DNA from: Octopus sinensis
Taxonomy: Eukaryota
Direction of reading: 5' to 3'
Length of the DNA stretch: 64,000 bases
Assembly (NCBI RefSeq): GCF_006345805.1
Contig: NC_043016.1
Location: forward strand, 25,606,001-25,670,000
Shown here: positions 38,045 to 50,716 of the stretch, one piece after another
Layout: the number at the start of each line of letters is the position of its first letter
Numbering within the stretch: the stretch's first letter is position 1
Notes under the pieces: model-generated
Seen by the model: only the letters and a program-made list of their open reading frames with translations
What the model was told of the DNA's origin: nothing
Database searches by the model: none
Translations under genes and position numbers: made by a program

Positions 38045-38490
38045 TTATTTAGAGTGAACTATATAGCTGCTTTATTAGTGAACTGGTTTACTAATGTTTC
38101 ATGTTAACCACCTCTTCATCAGTGAACTGATTAACTCTTATTTGCTGTGAACTGGTTTGTTAACTGAGATGGTGCAACCAGTTTTATGATTTAACTTGCT
38201 TGTTTTTTCCTGTTATTTTCCTTGGACTGGTTTGTTAAATATTATTTCCTGTGAAATACCATTTTTATCTATTAACTAGCTTGTTGACTCTTATCTTCTT
38301 TTGAACTGGTTTGTTAACTGTTACTTCCTGTGAGATATCATTTCTAACAGTGAACTACTTTGCTAATCATATTTACTATTTTCTGTGAACAGGTTTGTTA
38401 ACTGTTATTTCCTGTGAGGTATCATTTTTAACAGTGAACTAGTTTGTTAATCATTATTTTCTATTTTCTGTGAACTGGTTTGCTAACTGT
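38045..38490. repeat. Degenerate minisatellite with about 84-bp higher-order period built on GTGAACTGGTTTGTTAA
   Basis: Core motif at about 38302, 38386 and 38470, with intervening half-units at about 38350 and 38433. Confidence 0.8.
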
Positions 38491-38780
38491 CATTGGCAAC
38501 TGAATTACCTCACCAAGCATCCTGCTTGCTTTAAAATAGACTACATGAGCCAGTGTAGGAGTTTTGATGTAGTCACATGACCTATTCAATCTAACAAGAT
38601 CTCCCCTCAACAAACACCCTACTGTCTTTTTTTTTTTAAAAAAAAGGCACCATATGTTTTAAATCCTAAATCTAGGACATGAGTGGAATTTGCTAGACAT
38701 GGAATCTGACAGCAAAACGACTGTTTCAAAAAGGACAGTGATGACTGCATCAAATAATTAGACCCATGGCAAACAATCAC

Positions 38781-39275
38781 ATTAACCCATTTGGTACCAA
38801 CCTGTCTGAGACTTCCCTTAAAAGTGATCTGTATTGTTAGCTGTTATTTCTTGTTAAATCATTTTCTAAACACTCGTTTAATAATGATAAAATTCTCTGT
38901 TACTAAATTCTTCATTATTATTATTTTCAAAATTAATTAAAACAAGGCTAATGTATTTCAAAAGAAATCATAATCATCATTATGTTCAACATGTTTTCCA
39001 TGCTGGCATGAGTCGGACGGTTTGACAAGGGCTAACAAGCCAGGGGACTGTGCCAAGCTCCGGTATCTGCTTTGGCATGGTTTCTACAGCTGGATGCCCT
39101 TCATAACATAGAAAAATATGGTAACAAAGGAGTTAAAGTGATCTGAATTAAAACCTTCCATCATAATTTCCTGTAAGTTAACTTAATAATGACATTTTAC
39201 TAAATTATTCATTATTTTCATAATTAATTGAAACAAACACAGTGTATTTCACAAGGAATATGGTATCTAAAGGGC
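38781..39275 (-). mobile_element. MITE1 with tandemly repeated terminal module, interrupted by an RTE tail
   Basis: TTAAAGTGATCTG occurs at about 38818 and again at about 39133, directly after ..GGAG. Confidence 0.7.
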
Positions 39276-39839
39276 CAGTTCAACTATTTTTTGTTTACTG
39301 CACTTCTGAATTGTTCATAAATAGTCTTTAGTTAGTTTTCTTTCTTTAACAAATAACATGTGAAAGAACCATTTTATTCAGAGAGTAAAAATTAAAAAAA
39401 TCCATTTAAATTTATTTCTTGACATGTCTGAATTTTCATCACACGACTGCAGCCTGGTCACAGATACAGTTCCATCATATAAAATAGGTTTAACCCTTTA
39501 ATTTGGCCCCTTGTGGGTAATAAAAAAAAAAAAAACCTTTAATATCCAGATTACTTTCTCAAATGTAATTTTTATTTATTCTCATTGTTTTGAATTAAGC
39601 ATGCATTATCTGATGGCTTCAAGATTTTGATAATGTGGTTGTTTATTTTTAGAATGACATTATAAAGTAGGTGTGAGAGGCCAGATCTATCAGATAGAAT
39701 ATTCTGGCTGGATATGGCCAGTTTAAATGCTAAAGGGTTCAAGTAAATTTAGTTTTTGCTATGAAATGGCTAGAAATGGCTTTTAGAGAATTAGAAAAAT
39801 ATAATTAGAAAATTATAATGGTGATAATGATAATATAAT

Positions 39840-40210
39840 GGTTTGTAATTTAGGCACGAGGCCAGAAATTTGAGTGTTATTTTATATTTTATTTTTCCCA
39901 GATGGATGAAAGAACAGAGCCAGAAAATATTTTTCTGACACCACAATGATTCTATCAGTTTGCCACCTTAATGATAATGATGATAGCAATGATGATGATA
40001 TTTGTTGCAAATTTTGGTACAAGACCATAAAATCTGGGGATGAGGGAGTTGTTGATTGTAGTAACTCCAGCACTTGACTGCTACTTTATTTTATCAACCC
40101 TGAAAGGATGAAAAGTAAAGTTGACCACAACAGAATTTGAACTTAATTGGTAAAGACCCAGAAGAAATACTGCTAAGCGTTTTGTCTGACATGCTAATGA
40201 TTCTGCTATC
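39840..40210 (-). mobile_element. SINE-B fragments (minus)
   Basis: TTTTATCAACCCTGAAAGGATGAAAAG...ATTTGAACT...GATTCTGC. Confidence 0.75.
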
Positions 40211-41397
40211 TTACTAGAGGTATAAACTGACTCTAGTACATGATTGTTTCTTTATTCTATTGACATTAGAAAGATGAACTATTAAGACTGACCTCCACTC
40301 GGTTTCTGTCTACTAAGTTTTAACTAAACTGACATGATAGTATTTTCAACATGAGGCTTTAGAAGGCACTTACTGTGGGAATCCATTGGAAACAGGTGAG
40401 GCTTGGTGATTGGAAAAGCTTCCGACTGTAGAAAATCTGTCAGAATAAACTTTTTCCAATTCATGTAAGCATGGAAAAGTGGATGATGGTAATCATTATC
40501 TCATGGAACCTAGGAATCTTTTTCATGGAATCTTTATGATCCTCAGACAAACCCTACCCCAATTTAACCATTTTGTGTTCAAATTATTCTGTTAAATGCA
40601 GTGCTTATTGATTCACATTGCTTTGAATTAATCATGCATTGTCTCATATCCTTAGGACTTCGATGATGTGATTATTTAATGTTGAATAACATATTAGGGT
40701 AGATGTGAAAGCCTGGATCTGGTCAGTTTCAAAATAAAACAGATGGAATATTTTGGCTTGATATCGCTGGTTTAAATGCTAAAGGGTTAAAGAATCACTT
40801 ATTTGATGATAAATTATTTACTGAATATTAAATATTTTGCTGCTCTTTTAAATAAGACTCCATTGCCTTAATTCTCATACCAATGTTCTATCTCTATCAC
40901 AGCCATTTCTCAGCCTGCTGATGGTATTAAGAATTTTGGTTACTGAGATTAGTGTATGTTAGTATACAGTGTGTAAGCAATGAGGATGAGCCTTCATGAA
41001 GCCATGATTAACGATATTCCAATTGCCACCACTCCGTTTTCTTTTTTTTTTTAAGTTCATTACAGTAAACTCTTAAGTAAATTTACTTGCTATTTCTAGT
41101 ATCTTTGTTGTATTTTTGTACACAAAACTATATTCTACATTACCACAGCCCATCCAGATACCACAAGATCATTTGGTAATGTTATCTGTGATAGACTGGT
41201 GTCCTATCCTGGTGGAGGTTTATCTCTCATCAGCTGTAGAATGTGTTTAACTAATTTCAATATCTAGAAGCTTTCTTATCTCTTTTAGTATTCCAATTTC
41301 TTACAAACTACACTAGTTATGTATTTTAATAAACATCCAAAATAATAAAGAATTTGAGGGGAATTCGGTAAAATAATCTTAAATGTTTATAGATATG

Positions 41398-41841
41398 CTA
41401 ACTCTTTTACTATTTTGTTTTTATTGAAATATACTGCCTTTTAATTTTGAAAATAATGAAGATTTTAATTTGAAAAAAAAATTGTCATTAAAAAAATTTG
41501 TCATTATTATGCTGATGCAAATTTATATCAAATTTTGGTAAGTTTTAATGTAGATCACTTTAACCTTTTAGCATTCAGATTTCTCTGTCAAATGTAATTC
41601 TTATTTATTCCTATTGTTTTGAATTAATCAAACATTATCTCATAGCTTTGAGATTTTGATAATGTGATTGCTTATTTTTAGAATGACACTGTAGGGTAGG
41701 TGTGAGAGATCAGATGTGACTGATTTGAACATAAAGCAGGAAGAATAAATATTTGGGCTGGATATGACTGCTTTAAATATTAATGGGTTTAAGCAGGGAA
41801 TTTGTATCATAGATCCAAAGGCTTGGTATCAAAAGGGTTAA
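41398..41841 (+). mobile_element. MITE1 containing MITE2 inserted at an internal TTAA (41560-41792)
   Basis: AGATCACT-TTAA-CCTTTTAGCATTCAG...GGGT-TTAA-GCAGGGAATTTGTATC; TTAA is duplicated. Confidence 0.85.
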
Positions 41842-44800
41842 GATGATGTTTAAAACACAACTTAACCCATGATTATAAAAATAAAATATATATATATATA
41901 TATGTATATATAATGAGGTATTTATACACCATCTCATTCATGATAACTTTAGTGTCTGCTTTAAGTATTGCAATGTTAAGATGTTTAGAACATAACATAT
42001 CCACAGATTTTTACGCACAGCTATGGTGGAACATTTACACATGAAAATCTCACAATTATGAATTATCAGCTGACGTTTTAATTAATAAAATTATGAGTGC
42101 TTCTATTAAAATTTCTATTGAAATTTGCTCATTATTAACTATATTAATACAGTTGTTAGTTTTTTGTGTGTGTGTGTTAGTTTTGGCACTTCACAGTTGT
42201 TTGTCTGTCTGTCTGCACTCCCCCCCCCCACTCTTTCTCTCTCATTAGTCTACCTGACTAGTCTAGGAGGAATTTCAATAACCATTTTAGTAGTCTGGGA
42301 GGAACTACAAAGGTCATGAATGATGGTTTTCTGTCTTAGACTAAACTAAAAATAAATTTAAAAAAAAAAAAAATTAGGTGGCATATGTCTTCCTTCCTCT
42401 CACTTTTACCCCTTTGTGTTTAATTCTTTACACCTCCACACAAAACACTCTATCATCACCCTCATCACTCCTAGGAACCCAGTCTTTTTGCGATTCCTTC
42501 AACAAAAAGCATCAAGCTGAGCTCAACCTCAGCATGAGAGGGGCCCCACAAAGGTCATGAATCCTTCTCCTTTTCTTAATGATGGCAATGCTAATAGTTA
42601 TAATAAATCTGTTGTGCGATTCTTCCTGAGTGATGCAACGCAGTGTTAATATTAATTAGAACGATTGCCCTAGGAGGTGGCTGAGAGGTCAATTATGCGT
42701 TTGGTTGTTCAATTATTTATGTGCTAAAAAGTTTTTGTTTGTATTTTTTCCTGTTTTATTTTGGTCTGTAAAAATTGTACCGTATGATATACCTTATGCA
42801 AGCATTGCTAGTTTTTAGATGTTGCTGTGATGTGTAATTGAATAATGTAAATTCCCCACCACCACCACCATCACTGCTCTCCATATACAAAAAAAATATT
42901 GGTTTGAATGGTTTTGTTCTTAACTAAGAGATATAACTTATAGTTACACATGTACATACATACACATGCCTGCGTGCACACATACACACAGTGCAAATAA
43001 CTTCACTTAATTGGTACTTTCAGTTTGCAAGCTGTATGCAAATTAGAACTACCAGTTCATTAGGGGTCCTTATTCATAGTGTTTATATTCATAGTGTTTA
43101 TATGTGTGTTGATTGATAGATATGGAAACTTATCTTCATGACTGAGATTCTGTGCCAACAATTATATGATCATTGCACAGCTGAAGATGTGCAATGGTCA
43201 TGGAATTGTTGACACAGAAGCTTAAACTCTTGAATGTATGTCACTCTTTGTGCTACTGGTAACATGTAACCCAGTACAACTTGTTGTATAGTGGGGCTGT
43301 TGGCAACTAAACCAGTAACTCTACCAAGCCTACTTGGTAATGTAGAACAAAAAAAAAAAAAACGAAAGCTGACAAAGAACTGATGAACTCAGTTGTGTCA
43401 ACAGCTGTCCAACAACTGGGAATGAGAGACCCTTATTTTTGGTTTGATATCTTGCTAGAATTTCATTTGCATCCAATGATGTAAACTATTTTTTCCTAAT
43501 GGGTGTATACCTACATTGTCTGTGGAGAGGGATTGACCCAGATCAAAGCTTTTCCCTTTTCAGGCACAGGTAAATCCATCTGCTGCCAAGCAGAAATATG
43601 CTTAAGTGTAGGCTTAGAAAATTAAGAGAGGAGCCCCTACAGGCAGTAGGATGGCTACGTCTCATTCTAAGAGTTCTTGCATTCAGCACTTCTCAGTCAT
43701 CTTGATTCTGTCTTACCACTGAATACAGAAACATCAGGTAGAGAGGACAAGTTAGTTACTGCACATTTCTCCATTATCTTTAGAGTCTCACACAAGTCAA
43801 TATGGCTTTACATATTTGAAAGTCCTGCAGCATTAACACTAAGCATGGATAGCTGGGAACTGTTCACTCACCAGGTGGCTCAGGCTACTTGGTTATTTCT
43901 TGGCTAAAGAAGCAGTGCTGAACTTCAGCAGACTTTTAAGTGTCTGAGCAACTCTACTCAGAAACACATTGCTCATCTCTCAAATGAGAAAGGGTTTAGA
44001 GAAGGTGTCCCTAAAAAATTAGCTGACAGGATTCCCAAATTGCAGTTGAATTATTACGACACAATGAATACCACTGTTAAAAACAATGATATTCTTATGA
44101 CTGCTTGTGATATGACCTGTTTCTAAAGATAGTATTAAATGTATTAAATGACAAAAGTAGTTTATGACTCACACCTGGTCATTAGACAAAGAATGGGCTT
44201 CCACTTTTGAGATAACTAACCTCTTCAAACCACTGTGTGGCACTTAGGACAAGTGTATATTCTACTACAGACTTGGGTTAATCAGTACTTTGTGATGGAA
44301 CTTTAATGATGGAGACTGCTGAAGCCTGGTGTAAATGTTCTGTGAGTGTGTGTGTTCTTTCAATGAAAGCAGAACATTGGAAGTGGTGGGAGTTGCTTCT
44401 TGGATACAAAGAAATAAAAAATACCAAAAATATCGATGCTCTTTAGATATATGTGTTCTGCACTATGTTACAGACACTCCATTGCAACTTACTGTCAAAA
44501 ACACTGAAATAGTGATTAGAACCTTTAACCAACTATCTACACTGTATGTTCTTAAGTTGTGTTGCCAGTTATATGAGAAAACCCTCTTAATCCAACAAGG
44601 AGCCCCTGCTTATGTCCTCACTACCACAGAACACCACAAAATATGCCTCCACCACCATACAACATGTTTCCATGACTACACCATGCTTCCACATGTTCTC
44701 ACTAACACACTCCGTCATAAATAACCGACAAAAATCTCCTTCAGATACACTTACTCCTGATAAAAGATGGGATTGCTGTGACTGGATCATATTTGCTTGT

Positions 44801-45234
44801 AGATCTGCTGGGTCAGGACTGATCTTGCTGAGGTGGTGTGAGTCACATGCAACCTACTATTCATAGAGTAAATATATATATATAGACAACATTGTGATGT
44901 TTATGCCATTCTTTATTGTTTCATGCCGAGGATATGAGTTAAAAGCTGCAAGGATCTCTGTGTATATGTGCTCCAGCTTGGTATGAAAACTATGTTTAAA
45001 AACTGTTATCAGTAAGCACTTAACAACAGTGTGCTCCAATTCTTTCCATTCATTACTACTTTTACAAAGCAGTATATAAGGGTGGGTTCTTCTCAGAAAT
45101 TGCCCTTGGGGAATAGGGTGGTATAATGGGAGGGAGGTCAATACATTTTATAAGCCACCTTACAAAGTGTTTCATTGTTTCATAATTGGAATTTGTTCAG
45201 TAGTTAAATTATATGTATTATGTCATCTTTCCGT

Positions 45235-45280
<46 letters not shown>

Positions 45281-45299
45281 ATTTAATCCAAACAAAAAG

Positions 45300-45456
45300 C
45301 ACAAAAAAACACACAACGCGAGGACGTGGAACAAATATAGTATTATTGGATGCTCAGGAAAGAAGGAGGGTTTAACGTTTCGAGCGGAGCTCTTTGTCGG
45401 AAACATAGGAGAAGGAAAGACAAGGGAAAAAAATCGCCAACGGTACACACGAGGTC

Positions 45457-45460
<4 letters not shown>
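45300..45460 (-). mobile_element. Penelope-like LTR relic with minimal hammerhead
   Basis: Minus strand GTTT-CCGACAA-A-GAGCtccGCTC-GAAA-CG-TT-AAAC, between (TA)n arrays. Confidence 0.6.
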
Positions 45461-45519
<59 letters not shown>

Positions 45520-45876
45520 CACACACACAACTATACAATATAGATGCTCATATATACACATGGATTGTTTGTCTATCTATCTGTTTGTCATTTTGGTAAT
45601 ACAATCAGGAAAAACAGAACTCAAAACATGAGTATGTACACATTTTTTTTAATTAACAGAAGTTACAAAATGAATCGAGGACCAAGAGTTTCATGCACGC
45701 ATGCACACACACAGAAACACATACTCCCTCTCTGTCATGTATATACATACATATATAATAATATGCAGTTTCATCCAAAAACATTGACTCAAAATAGGAC
45801 TCAAAATGTATCTGTCAAATATATGTTGATATAAAATCTATTTGCATGAATACTAAATATACACACAATTCAATGA

Positions 45877-45917
<41 letters not shown>

Positions 45918-45989
45918 CTGTTAGGAGGCACAAGCACTTACATGCACATGTACAAATTCAGTCACAAAGCTTCATATCATTCTTCTTTA

Positions 45990-46620
45990 AATCTCTCTCA
46001 AGTCTTGCATGCGTTATCCTTGCTTCTTCAAATTCTTTCAATCCACTCCACACTTTTGTTCACCATCCTGCTTGATCTGGATCCATTCCAATTGACTTCA
46101 TGGTAGTCTTTATACTGTCCTTCAACCTCTTTTTAGGTTTACATCGATGGCATTTCTCCTCTGCAAGCTCACCATAAAACAGCTGTTTGGGTGTGTGTTC
46201 ATCCACCATTCAAACAATATTGCCACACCATCTCATTTGGTTTTTCAGAATCCTTACTTTAATTGAAGTGATGCCTGCAGATGCAGGGACATCTGTGTTT
46301 GGAAAAAAAAAGAACTCCATTTAATGTTTAAAATGCGATAAAGACATTTTTGGTGGAATTGTTCTAACAATTTGAAATGTCTTTCATAACAAGTCCATGT
46401 TTCACAAGAATGTGGGATGGTAAGACAAATGATTTGTAAAGACCCAACTTTGTGTGGTTATTTATATGTTGTTGGCACCAAACATGTGACTCCAAACCAC
46501 TAAATGCTTGTGCTGCCCTTTGAATTCACAGATGTATTTCTGTGTCCAGATTTCCATCATTTTGTGCAGAGCTTCCAAGGTAGATGAAAGAATCAACAAC
46601 CTCAAGTAACTTACCCTTAA
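45990..46620 (-). mobile_element. RTE (BovB-like) LINE ORF2 fragment
   Basis: Minus strand LEVVDSFIYLGS, IQRAAQAFSGLESHVW, NQMRWCGNIV, PKQLFYGEL...KPKKRLKDSIK, with stops and frameshifts. Confidence 0.8.
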
Positions 46621-46949
46621 CAAAAATTTTAGAAGAAAGAAAAAAAGTGGATATTAGAGTATGTGTTACTGTTACCATAATACAAGTTGCACCCTTCATT
46701 TCCAGCCTTGCATGAAAATATATCTGATCATGGGAAATATTACCTTACATGGAAACAGGTGGGGGTTGGTAAAAAGAAGTGTATCCAGCCACAGAAACTC
46801 TACTTCATTAAATTCTTTTCAACTTATGTGAGCATGGAAAAATGAATGTTAAATTGATCATGATGTGTGTGTGTGTTATTTCGCTTACCTCTGTCTACTT
46901 TTATCTATCTCTTATCCTCTCTCTGTCTCTCCTTTCATCTATCTCTTAT

Positions 46950-47432
46950 CCTCTCCTCAAAGACATACAGCATCTCGAAAGAGTCCAGAAGCTGGCTACC
47001 CGCATGGTTCATGGTCTCAAAAATTTGTCCTATGAAGAAAGGCTGAGGACGCTCGACCTTTATTCTCTTGAAAAACGCCGCCACCGTGGTGATCTCATTC
47101 TCGCCCACAACATCATAAGCGGAAAGTGTAACCTCTCGAAAGAGCTGTTCTTCACTCCTGCTCAGAGCGTCGGCTGCGGGGTCATTCCGAAAAGCTCTAC
47201 CTGCGACGATTTCATTTCAATCGAAGGAGAGGAGCTTTCTCCGTCCAGGTTGCAGATCCGTGGAACAAGCTGCCAGACGAGATGGTGAAGATGCCGACGA
47301 CCGCTTGTTCAAAGCCTCCTTGACCTCAAGTGGCCTGAACTCTTTACATGAACACCACCCTGTACTTAACTCCTTGTCCCCCTACATGGCCTTGCTATTT
47401 GCTTTTGAGCTAAATTAACTAACTAACTAACT
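46950..47432 (+). mobile_element. CR1/L2-group LINE 3' end, young
   Basis: [48 protein letters not shown], then after a frameshift [12 protein letters not shown]...WNKLP; (CTAA)n tail. Confidence 0.9.
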
Positions 47433-47559
47433 CTCTCTGTCTCTCCTTTCTCTCAATTAAACTGCCTACCTTCCATCCCATACTCCTCCCGTATGGTTCT
47501 GGGATGTTTTCTAGAAAATACTAATATTTCTGATCCAATATATTGTGTGTGCTAGCTCA

Positions 47560-48300
47560 AAAGCCACTGCTATAGAAGTCACAGCTATTGAGGGGCGTAC
47601 CTTTCAAACTAGAATGCAAGAGGTTTTTGTTAGCATTTGCAGACAATGTCACAGAAATGGTGTTAGACACGACAGAAGTGAAGGTTGTTGGTGCCTTTCT
47701 CAAGGTAGTAACAAAAGTGAGGATTAACTTGGGTAAGATGTTGGACTTGCAGCTTAGCATCTTGAAAGACAAGTCCATGCTATTGGACAGTTCTATGAGG
47801 TGGGTCTGGCTTGACTCTTGCTTTCATATGCACAGAAACTGGGTAGATTTGTCTGTCTCTCCCAGAAACAGGTCGAGAGGAACCTGTCTGTAAAATAGCA
47901 GGAATATGAGGTGTATGCCTTATCCAAGATTGAAGAATCTGCTATCCTGCTACAGTTTGGAAGAAGGACATAGAAGGGACATGCTTTTCTGGATAAGTTG
48001 CTATTTGCTACCATTCCCTTCTGTAGGGGAGAGGATGGGGGAGGTTTGGTATGTCATGGTTGTTGGTGTGCAAATTCTAAGGCATCTGCAAAGGTTCCTA
48101 GATAGTAAGCAGATATGGCCACCTTTTGTTAGGCATGTCTTCTTAATGGAATCATTGGTTCTGAGCCAGTCAACGACTGGATGTTTGGTGTCTGGAATAT
48201 TGACAGATACTCATTGCTCTCCAGCAGCCAGATAATGTGGTTGGTAAAACTTTTACTTTGGCATTCTACAGAGTAGTTGTGGCAGGAATAACATCAAAAT
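47560..48300 (+). mobile_element. Tx1/L1-group LINE reverse transcriptase fragment, decayed
   Basis: LLAFADNVTEMVLDTTEVKVVGAFLK..KVRINLGK (decayed YADD region) and LRHLQRFLDSKQIWPPFVRHVF. Confidence 0.7.
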
Positions 48301-48599
48301 TCTCAGGAAAACCCTAGGCTTTGATGAGTTTGGATTGGTTTGTTTGTTGTGGATACTGAAAAAACTGAAGGCAGACATTTTACTCTTTGAAAGTTCCACT
48401 TAGGACAAAGAAAGAGATGAATGGAGAGGGAGATGCTTTCTTCCAGTTAAGTGATTAAAAAGTTGATGACACTCTTGAAAATAATGAGTAAGAGGTGTTG
48501 TCCTTAGTAGTCAGAGTAATTCTGGATCTGTAGAGTTCCTTAATTTACTTTAGTTAGATGTCCTCTTCTATCAAGAGAACCATATTATTATCATTACTG

Positions 48600-49563
48600 A
48601 TTTGTATAAGGTAGTGTGTTGGCAAAATTGTTAGCATGCTGGACAAAATGCTTAGCAGTATTTTGCCCGTTGCTGCATTTTGAGTTCAAATTCTGCCGAG
48701 GTCGACTTTACCTTTCATTCTTTCATGGTTGATAAATTAAGTACCAGTGAAACACTTGGGTTGCTGTAATCGACTAGTCCCATTACTGCAATTTTCAAGT
48801 CTTGTGCCTTTTATAGAAAAGACCATTACTTATTTAGATGTTATATATAATTTTTATCTCATTTTTCTTTTCTAACCTCATCAGATCTCTTTGTAAGTTC
48901 CCATTCCCAATACACACACACTCTCTCTCTGACCTGTCTTTGTATTTTCCCTGTTTACTATTCAACAGTCTTATGACAAATAAAAGAAGATATTAATGTA
49001 GTGAATTAGGAGAATCTTTAACATGCTGGACAAAATGCTGCTGAGCAATTTTCCATCTTTTATGTTCAGATTTCACTGAGTTCGACTTAACATTTCATCA
49101 TTTCAGGGTCAATAAAATAAGTACTGGTTAAGCACTGGGGTTGATGTAAAATTCCTGCAAAATTTCAAACGTTGTGCCAATAGTAGAAAGGATTATTATT
49201 ATCATCAGTTCTGCCTTAAGATGGAGGTATTTGTTTTCAATCGGGTTTGTTTGTTTGTTGTCCATGGACATGATATCTCAAGAACCGCTGGATGGATTTG
49301 GATGAAACTTTTAGGGATGTTTGGCTTTGTGTCCGGCATGTATTGATTAGATTTTGGGATCGATCCATTACTGGAAAAGGATTCTGGATTATTTTTCCAG
49401 TTTTTCTACTTAATTTTTGAGAGTGGTTGAGTTCATTTTTAGTATTCTCGTTTGTAAGAGCAGTAGAGTTTATTTCAGATATTCTCATTTTAAAAATCAT
49501 CTCTGACTAATCATTGAGAGGATGTTGGTGTTTCCTTGGTGGAAGTTTGCACTCTCTGAATGC

Positions 49564-49600
<37 letters not shown>

Positions 49601-49860
49601 GTTATTATTATTATTATTATTAAGGGTGGTGAATTGGCAGAATTATTAGCATACTGAACAAAATGCTTCCCAGCATTTCATTTGGCTTTGTGCTCAGAGT
49701 TCAAATTCCACTGAGATTGACTGAGCCTTTCATCCTTTTGGGGTTGAAGAAATAAGCACCAATTAAGTACTGAGGTCAGTGTAATTAACTAGCCCTCTAA
49801 TCCCGAATTTCAGGCTTTGTGCCTATAGCAGAAAGAATTATTATCATTATTATTATTATT
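48600..49860 (+). mobile_element. Three SINE-B copies (48600-48830, 48990-49200, 49620-49850)
   Basis: Consensus motifs with (ATT)n tails. Confidence 0.8.
49209..49565 (+). mobile_element. Helentron/DINE-1-like non-autonomous element (HINE-like)
   Basis: 5' CTGCCTTAAGATGGAGGTATT.TGTTTT, (GTTT)n, GATGGATTTGGATGAAACTT, 3' CCTTGGTGGAAGTTTGCACTCTCTGAATGC; a related relic lies near 60845-61130. Confidence 0.6.
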
Positions 49861-50521
49861 ATCATTATCATCATCGTCATCAAGAAGTTTCAGTTAATTT
49901 TTTAACACATACATACATGTGTTTCTGATTGTTAGAACTTTTTTTTTTTTAATTATTATCTTTACATGTATTGCATGCATTTATACACACACAGAAAAAG
50001 AATATAAGCAGATACTTATATTCATGCCTGAATGTGTATGTATGCGTGTACATATGTGTATGCCGGTACAAATCTGTGAATATGTATGCTCATGTAGTTA
50101 AAATTGCATATGTGACATGAGTATTGTACTATGAAGTCTGCAAGAGTGTGTGTGTGTGTGTCTACAATCTACAATCTACACTCACACACACACACGTACA
50201 ATACATAAAGCTTATGTACTATTTATGTTAATTGAAATCAGTTTCATCATAATAATTCTCCCACTCCTTCTAGAACATTTTTACACACCAGTTCTTTATG
50301 TCCTTCTCTTTTTCTCTCTCTTTTCATCTTCCCTTCCCTCTACATACACATACTATTGCCGCCGCCGCCGCCGCCACCACCACCACCACTGCACAACAAC
50401 CACTGCCACCGTCACCACTCCATTCTCTGATTAAGTCTGTTACTAATTTATTGACCCAGTTTTACAAACCTGTTTTCATTAGTGGACCTCTTGTCTCTCT
50501 TATAATGTATACACACACATA

Positions 50522-50564
<43 letters not shown>

Positions 50565-50623
50565 GCACACACACACACATCAGCATGTAATGTATGAATG
50601 TGCATGTTTGCTCATATAAATGT

Positions 50624-50669
<46 letters not shown>

Positions 50670-50716
50670 CATTCATACATACATGAGTAATAAAACAGGA
50701 AGTTAGAATATTTTTT

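Noticed and set aside
38045-38490. Repeat-spacer appearance resembling CRISPR (also 11700-11960 and 29545-30055)
   Set aside because: The spacers are themselves repetitive, the repeats are degenerate, there are no cas genes, and the context is eukaryotic.
44335-44866. 129-aa and 84-aa overlapping ORFs, plus a PPPY motif in the third frame
   Set aside because: Partly low-complexity CAC/ACA sequence, no domain signature, and no consistent exon structure.
46842-47288. 148-aa ORF, the most protein-like entry in the track
   Set aside because: CR1-type LINE ORF2 C-terminus with a frameshift; not a host gene.
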